Numbered from the stretch's first letter, positions 27,476-37,982 are shown. The stretch: DNA of 64,000 nt from an uncultured archaeon (GCA_964410585.1 CAYPFW010000002.1:96001-160000), one strand, 5' to 3'. Notes: generated from the letters alone by a model not told the origin. Numbers and translations are program-made.

Positions 27476-28645
27476 ATGAAATTTGTGATATTCCACGGGT
27501 CTTTTGGGAGTCCTGAAGGCAATTGGTTTCCAGAGCTGAAAGAAAAACTGGAGCATTTTGGTCAAGTTGTCCTTATTCCAAAATTCCCTGTAGACAGTTG
27601 GAATGAGCTGACAAATAACCCAAAAAAACAATTGAATCAAAGCCTTGAAAGCTGGCTCAAAGAGTTTGAAAGAATCCAAAAAACTTTCAAAAAAGACGAA
27701 AAACTCTGCCTTGTTGGTCACTCTCTTGGTTGTCTTTTCATCCTCCATGTTGTATCAAAATACAATATCAGCCTTGACAGTGCAATTTTTGTCTCACCCT
27801 TTCTGGAAAAACTAAACAAACAGTGGCAAATAGATTTAGTGAATAAAACATTTTACAAAACAGACTTTGATTTCAAAAAACTGAAAGCCTCAATCCCAGT
27901 TTCCTATGTTTTGTATTCAGACAATGATCCATATGTTGACAAAAAATATGCTTTGGATTTTGCTGAAAAAACAGGAAGCTCGGTGATTTTTGTGAAAAGT
28001 GCGGGACACATGAATGCTGAAGTCAACCTAAATGAGTTTCCTCTTGTCTACGAGCTTTGCAAAACAAGGCTCGATCTTTCCCTATACCAAAGCTACCTTG
28101 CACATAGAAGGGAGCTGTTCTCAGTCGACTACACAAAGGGAAAAACAGAAGAGATAGTTTTCATCGATCCAAAAGAAATAATTGACGAGGGTGTCTTCCA
28201 TTTCAGGAATCTCAAAAAATCAGGCTTCTGCACATTCTACACTGCACTGGATTTCTCAGACCCAGAATCAATATACATGAAAGAAGCAAGAAAGGCGGCA
28301 AAAAGAATCAAAGATCTGACTCGAGTTTTCATAGTAAACGATCTCGCGGACTTGGAAAAAGAAAATATTAGGAAACAAATCAAACTTGACATAGAATCGG
28401 GCATCCGCGTATATTTCTGCATGTTTGGTTCAGTAAAAGATTTGTCAGAACCTGATTTTGGTATTTGGGACGAAGACTATTTGTGCATTGTTAACTTTGA
28501 CAAAAACAAAGTGACAGGTGTCAAATTGACAAGCCGGGAAAAAGATATATCAGAAGCATTGAAGTGGAAGGAAAAAATTCTGAGCAAAGCAACAAAAATA
28601 AATTCAGAAAAAGATATAGAAGATTTTAGGAGAAAACATGAGTGA
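27476..28645 (+). CDS. RBBP9/YdeN alpha/beta hydrolase fused to an extra C-terminal domain
   Basis: IFHG, NWFP, GHSLG, SDNDPYV and AGH.N motifs; true start is 27476 because the upstream ORF extension overlaps the tRNA. Confidence 0.88.
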   Translation: MKFVIFHGSFGSPEGNWFPELKEKLEHFGQVVLIPKFPVDSWNELTNNPKKQLNQSLESWLKEFERIQKTFKKDEKLCLVGHSLGCLFILHVVSKYNISLDSAIFVSPFLEKLNKQWQIDLVNKTFYKTDFDFKKLKASIPVSYVLYSDNDPYVDKKYALDFAEKTGSSVIFVKSAGHMNAEVNLNEFPLVYELCKTRLDLSLYQSYLAHRRELFSVDYTKGKTEEIVFIDPKEIIDEGVFHFRNLKKSGFCTFYTALDFSDPESIYMKEARKAAKRIKDLTRVFIVNDLADLEKENIRKQIKLDIESGIRVYFCMFGSVKDLSEPDFGIWDEDYLCIVNFDKNKVTGVKLTSREKDISEALKWKEKILSKATKINSEKDIEDFRRKHE

Positions 28646-28952
28646 ATTCATCATCATCTTAACAACAACAGACTCTGAAGAAAAAGCAGACAAAATAGCC
28701 TCTCATCTTCTAGAAAAAAGGCTTGCGGCTTGCGTGCAAATTTTTCCGATAAAAAGCTATTATAGATGGAAGGGAAAAATAGAAAATTCGAGTGAATTCG
28801 CCCTTTTCATCAAAACTAAAAAGCCAAAATACAAAGACGTTGAAAAAGAAATAAAATCAGTCCACTCATACGAGACTCCAGAAATAATTTCTATACCAAT
28901 TTTAGACGGAAGTAAGGACTACCTAAGTTGGTTATCAAAAGAAGTAGGGTAG
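28638..28952 (+). CDS. cutA: Divalent-cation tolerance protein CutA
   Basis: LAACVQ, S.YRWKG and HSYETPEI motifs. Confidence 0.95.
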   Translation: MSEFIIILTTTDSEEKADKIASHLLEKRLAACVQIFPIKSYYRWKGKIENSSEFALFIKTKKPKYKDVEKEIKSVHSYETPEIISIPILDGSKDYLSWLSKEVG

Positions 28953-28954
28953 CT

Positions 28955-29284
28955 ATGAGAATATGGGATATAAATCCAGAAAAACTTTGTCGAAACCATC
29001 TTCTAGGTGAACATAGGGAATTACACGCTATTTGGTCCATACTCACCAAAAGCAAACGCGGATATTCAAAACACCCTGAAACCTTAAGGTGGAAAGGCAA
29101 ACTAAAAGCCCTTTACATAAGGCACGAAAAACTTTCCAGAGAAATTAAAAAAAGAGGCTATACTCACAAATCTTCTCTAGACAAAAAATTGGCTTCTGGA
29201 TCAGGAGTACAAAAAGAATTTTTACAATCCTGCTCTAAACAAAAACTAATATTAAAAAGGAAAGGATGCGATTGTAAAGTTTGA
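28955..29284 (+). CDS. Pyrimidine dimer DNA glycosylase/endonuclease V family
   Basis: MRIWDI, LCRNHLLGEHRELH and HPET.RW motifs. Confidence 0.88.
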   Translation: MRIWDINPEKLCRNHLLGEHRELHAIWSILTKSKRGYSKHPETLRWKGKLKALYIRHEKLSREIKKRGYTHKSSLDKKLASGSGVQKEFLQSCSKQKLILKRKGCDCKV

Positions 29285-29288
29285 GAAA

Positions 29289-29984
29289 CTATTTCTCCAA
29301 AACCTTCTTGGCCTTGTTCAACCTCTCATGTGTGTCTGTTGTTAGCCATGTAGTTTGAAACTTAAATCCATATAGCCTTCCCACTCCAGCGATTTTGGGG
29401 AAAACATCCTTTTCAATAGAAGACTTTCCTTCTGGAAGCAAATCCAAAGCTTCTTTCTCAAGTATATACAGGCCAGCATTTGCAAAGTTTGAAGGCGCGT
29501 CTTCTGGTTTTGGCTTCTCAACAAACCTCAGTATTTTCTCACCTTCCAATTCAACAACACCAAACTGTGACGTGTCCTCGACTTCAACAAGAGCCAATGT
29601 AGCCAATGCCTTGTTCTTCTTGTGATGTTCAAGCATTTTTGTTATGTCAACATCCTTTATTTCGTCTCCGTTGCACATAACAAATGTCGAGTCAAAATTT
29701 CTAGAAGCTAGTTTCAAAGCCCCTCCTGTCCCAAGCTCCTCTTGTTCTTGAGAATAAATAATTTCCGAACCTTTCCAATTAGATTCAAAGTGTTTCTTGA
29801 TTTGCTCTGACAAATATCCAACACCAAGAACAATTGTTTTCACTCCATGCTTTTTCATCAATTCGATATTATATTCTAAAATAGGCCTTCCGTTCACAGG
29901 CACCATAACCTTCTGTGTATCATATGTAAGCGGCCTTAACCTTGTTCCCTTTCCCCCACAAAGAATGAAAGCTTTTGTTAGCAT
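29289..29984 (-). CDS. NDP-sugar pyrophosphorylase (nucleotidyltransferase)
   Basis: LCGGKGTRLRPLT, LGTGGA, NGD and FVEKP motifs. Confidence 0.93.
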   Translation of the reverse strand: MLTKAFILCGGKGTRLRPLTYDTQKVMVPVNGRPILEYNIELMKKHGVKTIVLGVGYLSEQIKKHFESNWKGSEIIYSQEQEELGTGGALKLASRNFDSTFVMCNGDEIKDVDITKMLEHHKKNKALATLALVEVEDTSQFGVVELEGEKILRFVEKPKPEDAPSNFANAGLYILEKEALDLLPEGKSSIEKDVFPKIAGVGRLYGFKFQTTWLTTDTHERLNKAKKVLEK

Positions 29985-30013
29985 AGGTGATATTGAAGAA
30001 CGAAGTATATAAA

Positions 30014-30271
30014 TTATTTACTAAAAAACTTGACCAGCAAACACGACAATAGGTACGCATAAATAAGATGGGAAATGAAAAGGACAAAGAGACCAAATCC
30101 ATCCATTGTGTAGTTCCAGTAAAAATAGAAAATTGGGAAGTTGATTATTGTGCCGAAAAAAGTGATGTAGTTGCTGAAGTATAGACCAACGCCAACAGCA
30201 AGCTTCCATTTATTTGGAACAAAAAACTTAATCCAAGGATTCCTTTTCCACAATGGTTTTTTCTCTTTCAT
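30014..30271 (-). CDS. Small membrane protein
   Basis: 85 aa hydrophobic ORF. Confidence 0.6.
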   Translation of the reverse strand: MKEKKPLWKRNPWIKFFVPNKWKLAVGVGLYFSNYITFFGTIINFPIFYFYWNYTMDGFGLFVLFISHLIYAYLLSCLLVKFFSK

Positions 30272-30298
30272 ATAATATATGTCCTAGGCAAATAAAAA

Positions 30299-31564
30299 TT
30301 AAACTTCCTTTTCCCACTTCTCCCCCCTATTTGAAGAAAACAACTCATAGAATGCTGAATAAACATATATGCCTAGTATAGCTATCGTATACGGAAAGAA
30401 AAACGCGAGCGCGAAAATGACTTCTATTGTTATTTTTTTGGAAAATTTAATTAAAGACAGGATGGCAAAGGCATAGCTCATAGAGAAAACAATTATCACA
30501 AGCACGTTCAATGTGTTAGTTAGATAGATTCCTGCTCCTATTTTGTATATGAAATCTACCATTCCATATGGTGTCAGCCACTTGAAAAAATAAACAAAAA
30601 CATCATATGAAATAAAGTCGCCTTTTGAAAAAAAGTATTCAATATAGCCGCCAAAAATCTGGTACAAGACAATGGGCAAATACAAAAACGCGTGTATGAA
30701 CCAATACAATTGTGTTGGTATAGAATAGAAGCCAACAGCAGATTTCTTGAACAAAATGTCGCTGTGTTTTCTAATAACTTGAAGGGTCCCTCTATTCCAT
30801 CTTGTTCTTTGTTTAATCAAACCAGAAAATTTTTGCGGTACCCTTGTATATGCAATAGAATTTGGAACCATTTTTATTTTGTGCCCAGCCTTTCTCAAAT
30901 ACATGCATATATCATAATCTTCAACTGCGCTATCGCCTCTAAAACCGCCAACAGAAAGGAAAGCCGACTTCCTAAAAGCACTGAACCCCGGGACTATACA
31001 AGAGCCATTTACTTTGTCAACAACATATCTCCAAGAAGATGATATAGCATATTCAAATTGTTGGATCCAGTTTAGGACGCTGGTTCTCCTTTTTACCCTA
31101 AGCGTTGTCGAAACAGCTCCAACATTCTCATCTAAAAATGGCTGGGTCAAATTCTCCAGGGAGCCCCTTTCTATTTCTGTGTCTGCATCAAGAACAGCTA
31201 CTAAGCTATATTTACAATGCTTAATCCCAAGGTTGACTGCCAAACCCTTGCCTTTGTGTTCGCCTTCTATTAGTTTTACGTTTTTGTTTTTAGCTGAAAT
31301 TCCCTTTACAATTTCAGCTGTCCTATCTGTTGATCCATCATTCACAACAATTATTTCTATATCCTCTGAATATCCAGAATTTAGGATGCTTCTTATCGCA
31401 GATTCTATATTCTCCTCCTCGTTGTGTGCTGGGATAACTATAGAAATTGGTTGTTTGTTTTCTTTATTTTTTCTCGAAGATGGAACCAAAAACAAGATTA
31501 ACCAAGACGCATATAGAACCGTCAATATAACCATTATCGGTATCAAAAGAAAATCAACTGACAT
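30299..31564 (-). CDS. Processive GT2 glycosyltransferase
   Basis: DGSTD, DAD, VED and QRTRW motifs; TM helices. Confidence 0.92.
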   Translation of the reverse strand: MSVDFLLIPIMVILTVLYASWLILFLVPSSRKNKENKQPISIVIPAHNEEENIESAIRSILNSGYSEDIEIIVVNDGSTDRTAEIVKGISAKNKNVKLIEGEHKGKGLAVNLGIKHCKYSLVAVLDADTEIERGSLENLTQPFLDENVGAVSTTLRVKRRTSVLNWIQQFEYAISSSWRYVVDKVNGSCIVPGFSAFRKSAFLSVGGFRGDSAVEDYDICMYLRKAGHKIKMVPNSIAYTRVPQKFSGLIKQRTRWNRGTLQVIRKHSDILFKKSAVGFYSIPTQLYWFIHAFLYLPIVLYQIFGGYIEYFFSKGDFISYDVFVYFFKWLTPYGMVDFIYKIGAGIYLTNTLNVLVIIVFSMSYAFAILSLIKFSKKITIEVIFALAFFFPYTIAILGIYVYSAFYELFSSNRGEKWEKEV

Positions 31565-31594
31565 AAGTGTAATCGTGTATCCAGATTAAAATAT

Positions 31595-32932
31595 CTACTC
31601 TGAAGTCTTTTTCCTGCTAAACAATTTTTTAAAGAACTCAGCTATCGATATGCTTCCCATTTTTGGTGTCCTTATCCATCCTCCTTTAAAGCCGAAGACA
31701 GCTTTGAAGAAAGCTATCATGTTTGTGAATGAGAGGATTATACCAATAATCATCGAAGAAATGAAAAGTTTTACAAAATCAGCGCCTTTGCTTGTTTTCC
31801 AAATGACCTCTGCCTCATCTGATCTATATAATCCAATGGCTATCAAAAACACAAAGCCAGATGTATATCCTATTGTGATAAGGAATTTTATTAAGTCTGA
31901 AAGCGCTAGAGGTGTTGGCGGAGTTAGAACCCAACCCAGTTGTCCTGTGAGAGCAACAAGAAAAACAATTGGAGCTGTTATGTATGATGAAGTGATATAT
32001 GTGAGCATACCTCTTTGACCCATACTGAAGTTTTTGCTGAAAAATATCTGTCTCCACCTATCCATGAAGACTCTTGTGATCCCATATGCCCACCTCATTT
32101 GCTGCTTCAAAAAGCTTCGAAGGCTGAAAGGCACTTCACCTGGAACAACGAGATTGTGTAGGTAAAGGCTCCTGTATCCTTTTTCAAGCAAAACAACAGA
32201 AAGGTCTGCGTCCTCTGTTATGCTTTTTTGGTTCCATCCACCTGCTTCCAAAAGGACAGATTTTTTAATTGCCCCACCTGTACCGCAAAAGAAAGCAGCA
32301 TTCATCTTATAGCTTATTGGCATTATGCAGTTGTGGTATATCATCAAAAGTATTGCAGCAAATTTCGAAACAATATTTGTATTGTAATTGACAAATCCCA
32401 TCCTTGATTGAACAATTGCTGTTTTAGAATCATTCGCAAAAGGTGTCACAAGTTTCCTTAGAAAATTCCTGTTTGGAACAAAATCAGAATCAAAAATGCA
32501 GATTATATCTCCTTTTGTGTGCGGCAGAACAGCGTTTAGGGCTCCTGGTTTAAATCCCTCCCTTGTTGCCCTTCTTATCAATTTAACTTGGTTTTTTCCC
32601 TTGACATATTTGTCGAGGATTTTTTTTGTCAGAGGATCTGTGCTGTCATCTGCAACTATAATATCAAACTTGTTTTTTGGATAGTTGAATTTCAGACATT
32701 TTTTGACACATCTTATTGCAACAGGATCGTTGTATACAGGTATTTGTATGGTGACTTTAGGAAGATCTATGTCTCTTATTTTGTTGAACGTGTATCTAGG
32801 AAGCTTTGCAGCTATCGCAGTGAAGCCGAGAACATAGTAGAGTATAGAGAAAAATATGATTGGGATTAGTAATGCTTGGTAAATCAAAAGGTTAATTATG
32901 TATATTTCCATAATATAGTTAGGTCGACCCAA
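31595..32932 (-). CDS. Cellulose-synthase-like GT2 glycosyltransferase
   Basis: DDSTD, REGFKPGALN, DSDF, CGTGG, TED and QQMRW motifs. Confidence 0.92.
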   Translation of the reverse strand: MGRPNYIMEIYIINLLIYQALLIPIIFFSILYYVLGFTAIAAKLPRYTFNKIRDIDLPKVTIQIPVYNDPVAIRCVKKCLKFNYPKNKFDIIVADDSTDPLTKKILDKYVKGKNQVKLIRRATREGFKPGALNAVLPHTKGDIICIFDSDFVPNRNFLRKLVTPFANDSKTAIVQSRMGFVNYNTNIVSKFAAILLMIYHNCIMPISYKMNAAFFCGTGGAIKKSVLLEAGGWNQKSITEDADLSVVLLEKGYRSLYLHNLVVPGEVPFSLRSFLKQQMRWAYGITRVFMDRWRQIFFSKNFSMGQRGMLTYITSSYITAPIVFLVALTGQLGWVLTPPTPLALSDLIKFLITIGYTSGFVFLIAIGLYRSDEAEVIWKTSKGADFVKLFISSMIIGIILSFTNMIAFFKAVFGFKGGWIRTPKMGSISIAEFFKKLFSRKKTSE

Positions 32933-32943
32933 TATATGTCTTT

Positions 32944-33687
32944 CTATTCGCCACTTAGTGTAGAATTAGTTGTTTTATTTGTTGTATCATTCGATATGTT
33001 AGTTACATTAATGGAAGATTTGATGCTGGTCTGATTTTCTGGGCACGATATATTCAGGTTTTGGCACACAATTCCCTCTAATTTAGTTTCGTTTGTGAGG
33101 CTTCTGTATACATCGCTTCCTATAACAAGAGAAGGCGCGCTTTCAATTTGGTGGCTTTTTACAAGTGTCTGCACAAGGTTGTTTTTTACATCCTTATCAA
33201 CTGCATATGTGAATATTTTTTCCCTGTCTATTGATTTTATGCTTTCTAAAACAGCTTCCTGTGTCCTGCAATCTGTGCATGGGAATGAGTAGTAGTAAAG
33301 TATGGACAGGGAAGGGCTTTCGCAATTCTCTTTTATTGATGATTTCAATAGCCAAGCTCGAATAGAAAGTGTGCTGTATAGTTCTTTCAATTCATTGAAT
33401 TTTGAGTCTGTGCTTTCTGCACGTATATCGTTTGATATTGATTCCAACTTAGATGCAATTGTTGAGGAGAGAGATTGTAGAACAGCGCAGCTAGACTCCC
33501 CACTCAAGCTTAAAAGTATAAGCTCTTGCTGCTGGTTTTCAATGTCTGCTTTAATAGAAGCCAAATCCCTTTCCAAAGATTGTGAGAGATTTTGTTGTAT
33601 GTTCACGCCTGTGAAAATTCCAGCGACATAAAGTACAACAGAAAGAAATGCTGTGAATACGTATACTGCTTTCATTCCCATATACAA
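32944..33687 (-). CDS. Membrane-anchored protein with thioredoxin-like domain
   Basis: N-terminal TM; YYYS..CTDC..Q...L and APSLVI motifs. Confidence 0.7.
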   Translation of the reverse strand: MYMGMKAVYVFTAFLSVVLYVAGIFTGVNIQQNLSQSLERDLASIKADIENQQQELILLSLSGESSCAVLQSLSSTIASKLESISNDIRAESTDSKFNELKELYSTLSIRAWLLKSSIKENCESPSLSILYYYSFPCTDCRTQEAVLESIKSIDREKIFTYAVDKDVKNNLVQTLVKSHQIESAPSLVIGSDVYRSLTNETKLEGIVCQNLNISCPENQTSIKSSINVTNISNDTTNKTTNSTLSGE

Positions 33688-33691
33688 TATA

Positions 33692-34684
33692 TTAGAATAG
33701 GCTTTTTATAATAAGCGTGCCATAGCTGCCCTTTGGAAGCTCGAAGGAAATACTAAGCTTCTTATTTTTGTTTATTTCGTCTTCTCCTATTTTCCAGGAA
33801 ACTCTTTTAGGGAAAACCAAAAAATCCCTTTCATCTCCCGGAAAGCTTATTTCTTTGAAAATATTTTTGAAGTCCTCGAGTTTAATGCCTTCTTTTTTTA
33901 GTAGCTTTTGGATATTTTTCTTTATTTTTGGATAGCTCTCCAATCTTGTTGCAAATCCAACAACCGGAATTTTAAAGTTAGATGTTTTTTCAGACGCCGA
34001 TTCCATAACATAAGATCTTGCCAGTGTATTCCACAAATAGGACTGGTAAGAGTTCACAAAAAGCATCTTCAAGTTTTTAGGCAAGCACTCTAAAGCGCCT
34101 TGAAAATCATTTGGGTTTTTGCCCAAATATTCTAATACTTTATTCTCCCATTGACCTTTGTTTTTCACAAACAGGTTAACAGCGGCCTCGAAATCTTTTT
34201 TAACCAAGTATTTGCCAATTAAATGGTTCTTTTTGGTCAGTCCAAATCTCTGCTCATCAAAAAGGTTTACAACACCCCTTTTTAGTTTTTCTATTCTTTT
34301 ATCCAATCCTCTAATGTCCTTTTTGAACAAATCTCTTACAACTATTTCAAACCTATTTCCCTTCAAATCCTTTGTTTCAATCCTTCTGTTGTTTTTGTCA
34401 AGGTTAGAGAGCTCAACATCTTTTATTTGTATTTTTTTCAAAACTTCTTCAGAAACTCTCCAAGCTGAAACTGTTTGGTAGGTAACAGCATTTTTGTCTT
34501 TCAATCCAACATATGAAAACCGATTTGTAGAGACGCCGCATTTTTTAGCCAATAGATCCAAAACCTTGAACAGTTCCCAATTTTTTTTCTTCAAAGTAAA
34601 CCAAGTATACTCGCCCTCGCCAATTGGTTTTTTAGAAACAATTTCTTTGACAATGAAATCTTCTGGGAGTTGTTTGATTTTCAT
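33692..34684 (-). CDS. truD: tRNA pseudouridine(13) synthase
   Basis: PEDFIVKE, GLKDKNAVT.Q, GNRF and LPKGSYGT motifs. Confidence 0.95.
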   Translation of the reverse strand: MKIKQLPEDFIVKEIVSKKPIGEGEYTWFTLKKKNWELFKVLDLLAKKCGVSTNRFSYVGLKDKNAVTYQTVSAWRVSEEVLKKIQIKDVELSNLDKNNRRIETKDLKGNRFEIVVRDLFKKDIRGLDKRIEKLKRGVVNLFDEQRFGLTKKNHLIGKYLVKKDFEAAVNLFVKNKGQWENKVLEYLGKNPNDFQGALECLPKNLKMLFVNSYQSYLWNTLARSYVMESASEKTSNFKIPVVGFATRLESYPKIKKNIQKLLKKEGIKLEDFKNIFKEISFPGDERDFLVFPKRVSWKIGEDEINKNKKLSISFELPKGSYGTLIIKSLF

Positions 34685-34697
34685 ATTTGAATATTAT

Positions 34698-34737
34698 TTT
34701 TCTTTATGTACGGCTCTCTTTCTTTTTCTAAAAGAAA
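34698..34737. repeat. Intergenic copy of the TTTTCTTT..GTAC..CTTTCTTTTTCTAAAAGAAA element
   Basis: 34/40 nt identical to tRNA-Tyr intron sequence 27245-27284. Confidence 0.75.
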
Positions 34738-34743
34738 TAATAA

Positions 34744-35397
34744 TTACACAAATCCTAAAATATCTGATATCCTCTCCAACTCGGGTCCAGATGTTTGGAA
34801 ACCAACTAATAAACCGGATGAATTTGTAATGACCCCAGATTTTACGTAAGAATATCCGAAATTCACAGTTGCTGGTCCTGATTTAACTTTCAAAACATCT
34901 TCCAAAACTCTTTGCTCATGTTCAGTGATGTTCTTTGCAGTTAAGCATCCTTTATTATTGGCCGCTCCATATGTTCCAACTAAGTCTATTCCAAAAATTG
35001 TTGATATTTCTGTCTTCACACCAAGGAAATCCTGTATCTTATTTTTTTGATAAGCCAATTTTTCTGATATCAGGCACCCTTTATCATTTGCCAAAACAAG
35101 GTTACCCAAGGCTGTATGCCTTCCCTCCAAAACAAGCACATTTGCCTGCTTTTTCAAGCTTTCCAATTCCCTGTTTCTTATGATTTCAGGGACAAGTATA
35201 CCATTTGAATTTCCAGCGCAAAATATTCCTGGAAGGTCTGTACCAGAGATTTTGTTTTGGATAATTTTTACATTTAGTGCTTCGTGTAATTTGTCTGCCT
35301 CTTTCTTCATTACTTCGCCAACTAAACAATATCCATCAGTAGCAAAGGCATAGAGTCCTATGTTCGGATCATTGCTAAAGGCCAATTTATCGATCAT
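34744..35397 (-). CDS. eif6: Translation initiation factor aIF6
   Basis: PNIGLY, GNSNG, ALGNL.LAND.G, TVNFG and TSGPEL motifs. Confidence 0.95.
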   Translation of the reverse strand: MIDKLAFSNDPNIGLYAFATDGYCLVGEVMKKEADKLHEALNVKIIQNKISGTDLPGIFCAGNSNGILVPEIIRNRELESLKKQANVLVLEGRHTALGNLVLANDKGCLISEKLAYQKNKIQDFLGVKTEISTIFGIDLVGTYGAANNKGCLTAKNITEHEQRVLEDVLKVKSGPATVNFGYSYVKSGVITNSSGLLVGFQTSGPELERISDILGFV

Positions 35398-35433
35398 ATC
35401 GGTTCTTTTAATTTATTAGTTTAAATATTGAGC

Positions 35434-36111
35434 ATGAGAGCTACATACAACCATTTGGCAGAGAATTATGATTTGAGGCAGGATAATCCAGCAACAAGAC
35501 TACTCAGGAAAAAAGAAGAAGCTTTGATAAGAAGGTTTTCTAAAGGAATGGTTTTGGACCTTGGTTGTGGTACAGGAGCTCATTTGACTCTTGTTGAAAA
35601 TTCAATTGGTTTGGACATTTCAGAAAAAATGCTCAAAAAAGCAAAATCAAAAAGCAAGCCTCTGACCCAAGGAAACATTGAAAGTCTTCCAATAAAACCA
35701 AATTCCTTTGATTCTGTTTTCTGTTTTTATTCTACATTAAACATGGTAGATTTAGAAAAATCCTCTGAACAAATATCTAGAACATTAAAAACAAATGGGA
35801 AGATAATAATTTCAGTAGTTAGCGTAAATGATATTGATGATTATAGATCATCTCCAGAAAACAAAATAAAAAAATTTAGGTTGGAGGGAAAACCAGTAAA
35901 CATGAGGCTCTTCGAGAAGGAGGAAGTTGCTGAGGCTTTTCAAAAATTGGGACTAAAGCTTGTATATTTCAATTCAATCTTTAGGACACAGACTCCTAGA
36001 TGGGGAAACTTCCAAAAATATTCTTTTTTTGAAAAATTAAAACTAAAAACAGAATGCGTTTTTCCAAAGAAATGGGGAAGGATCTACTTGATGGTTTTCA
36101 GTAAAATCTAG
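35434..36111 (+). CDS. Class I SAM-dependent methyltransferase
   Basis: VLDLGCGTG, GLDISEKML and SFD motifs. Confidence 0.9.
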   Translation: MRATYNHLAENYDLRQDNPATRLLRKKEEALIRRFSKGMVLDLGCGTGAHLTLVENSIGLDISEKMLKKAKSKSKPLTQGNIESLPIKPNSFDSVFCFYSTLNMVDLEKSSEQISRTLKTNGKIIISVVSVNDIDDYRSSPENKIKKFRLEGKPVNMRLFEKEEVAEAFQKLGLKLVYFNSIFRTQTPRWGNFQKYSFFEKLKLKTECVFPKKWGRIYLMVFSKI

Positions 36112-37079
36112 TCCTTCAACATTTTCTTAAAATTTTCTATTAAAGGCACAGGTGTTGGGTCTGTTTTATATTCCAAAGCCAGGAAATAGCTGATCCAATC
36201 TCCAAGATAAATGGTTGTTATTAACTTCTCCAGAAAATTGTCTCCAGAAACATCTATGTATATTGATTCTATTTTGTTTTCAAGAGCTAGTTTTTTAACA
36301 ACAACCATTCTTTTTCTGACCATTTTATAGTCTTCTTCATCTTTCAAAAAAACAAAAGCAAAGTTCCCTTTTGGATTTATAATACCATTTATCTCATTGT
36401 GGTTGTGCTCAGGAAACACATTACAGAAGGCCATTGTTTTTGCGTTTTCGTTGATGTTTATTTTCCATTTGTATGCTGCAGCTTTCAGCCTTTCTGAAGA
36501 ATAAATTATTGGAACTTTATTTACCAAACTTTTGGAGATGCTTCTTGCTTTTTCTTCTAAATTCAAACTTCTCATTTTGGTTTCTAATTTTTCAATAATT
36601 TCCTTCTGGTTTTCCACAAGCCCGGAGTTTTCCAATACACCAAGCATGGAGAAAAACTGGTAGCAGTAAGACATCCTCGGTTGGATAGTTTCAGGTATTT
36701 TTATAATGGGGCTTTTTCCTGTAGCTAATTTTTCGAGCTGTCCTCCATATGTTAAAACAACACAATTTAATTTTCTTTCAAGAGCTTGATTGTATGCTTC
36801 TAGTGTTTCTTCTGTGTTCCCAGAATAGCTTACAATAAAAAGAAGCGTTTTGTTGTCCAAAAAATTAGGGAGTTGATAATCCTTTAAAGTGAAAATTGGG
36901 ATTTTAGATGAAGATAGGTAAGATTTCAAAATCTCTCCACCAAGGCCGCTTCCACCCATGCCTGCAATAGCAATCTTATCAACACCATTTATTTTTACAC
37001 CTTTAGCAAGTTTATAGCCTTCTATAACCTGTTTATGTATCTCTTTTAGTGCAGAATACATGTTTAGACTGTCAATCAT
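36108..37079 (-). CDS. Bifunctional phosphoglucose/phosphomannose isomerase
   Basis: GMGGSG, SYSGNTEET, QPR, NENAK and PEHNHNE motifs. Confidence 0.93.
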   Translation of the reverse strand: MIDSLNMYSALKEIHKQVIEGYKLAKGVKINGVDKIAIAGMGGSGLGGEILKSYLSSSKIPIFTLKDYQLPNFLDNKTLLFIVSYSGNTEETLEAYNQALERKLNCVVLTYGGQLEKLATGKSPIIKIPETIQPRMSYCYQFFSMLGVLENSGLVENQKEIIEKLETKMRSLNLEEKARSISKSLVNKVPIIYSSERLKAAAYKWKININENAKTMAFCNVFPEHNHNEINGIINPKGNFAFVFLKDEEDYKMVRKRMVVVKKLALENKIESIYIDVSGDNFLEKLITTIYLGDWISYFLALEYKTDPTPVPLIENFKKMLKD

Positions 37080-37098
37080 AGAAAGAGTTAGCAAATGA

Positions 37099-37926
37099 CT
37101 ATTTAACCAATTTCCTAAATTCTGCTTCCACAACAACATGATAAACATTCGGCGCGTAATCTTTCACAATTTTCTTCTCCAAAACTTTGTCCAGTCTGAA
37201 CCCATTTTCTTTTGCTGATTTTTCCAAATTTTTCAGAGGTTTGTCCCAAAGTTCTTTTTTTGAAAAAATATTGTGATAGACAATGATTCCTCTATCTTTC
37301 AAAAATCCAAAAGCTGATGGAAGGAATTTGTCTGTCCCTGGAAAATATCCCATTAAAACTCTATCTGCCTTATGTGGGATTTTGGTTTTCCTGCAGTCCC
37401 CGTATATCGGTTCTATATTTTTTATTTTGTTTAACCTAACATTTTCAACAAGATAGTCAAAGGCTGTTTTGTTCTTCTCAATTGAGTAAATTTTCTCAGT
37501 GTTTGTGTATTTGGCCAAATTTAGGGAAAAGTATCCGATCCCGGCAAACATATCAACAATAATTTCGCCTGGTTTTATTTTTTCCAAGAGCCTTTTCCTC
37601 TCTAAAAGGTTTCCTTTTGAAAACATTATTTTAGAAACATCAATTTTGTAAAAAATTCCGTTTTCCTTGTGTATGGTTTCTGTTGTTTTACCAAGCAAAA
37701 TTTTCAATTTAGGCTTCCTGAATTCTCCAGAAACTTGTTTTATTTCGCAAACAGTTTTTATGTATGGAAGAAGCTTCTGCGAAGCCGCTGCTATCTGTTT
37801 TTTCTGTTTCAATATTTTGATTTTGGAGAGCTTTAGAAGAAGTATATCTCCAATAATTTGATAAGAAGATGGTAGAAGTTTAGAATCAATTTTTGTAAGC
37901 TCGGAAAGTTTTTCCTTAAAGGACAT
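37099..37926 (-). CDS. Trm5/TYW2 (Taw2)-family tRNA modification transferase
   Basis: HKENG, MFSKGN..ER, DMFAGIGYF and ADRVLMG motifs. Confidence 0.9.
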   Translation of the reverse strand: MSFKEKLSELTKIDSKLLPSSYQIIGDILLLKLSKIKILKQKKQIAAASQKLLPYIKTVCEIKQVSGEFRKPKLKILLGKTTETIHKENGIFYKIDVSKIMFSKGNLLERKRLLEKIKPGEIIVDMFAGIGYFSLNLAKYTNTEKIYSIEKNKTAFDYLVENVRLNKIKNIEPIYGDCRKTKIPHKADRVLMGYFPGTDKFLPSAFGFLKDRGIIVYHNIFSKKELWDKPLKNLEKSAKENGFRLDKVLEKKIVKDYAPNVYHVVVEAEFRKLVK

Positions 37927-37982
37927 AATATAGCTTGACACATCTTTTCGATCTTAATACTAAAGATATGTCCAATTGTTAA

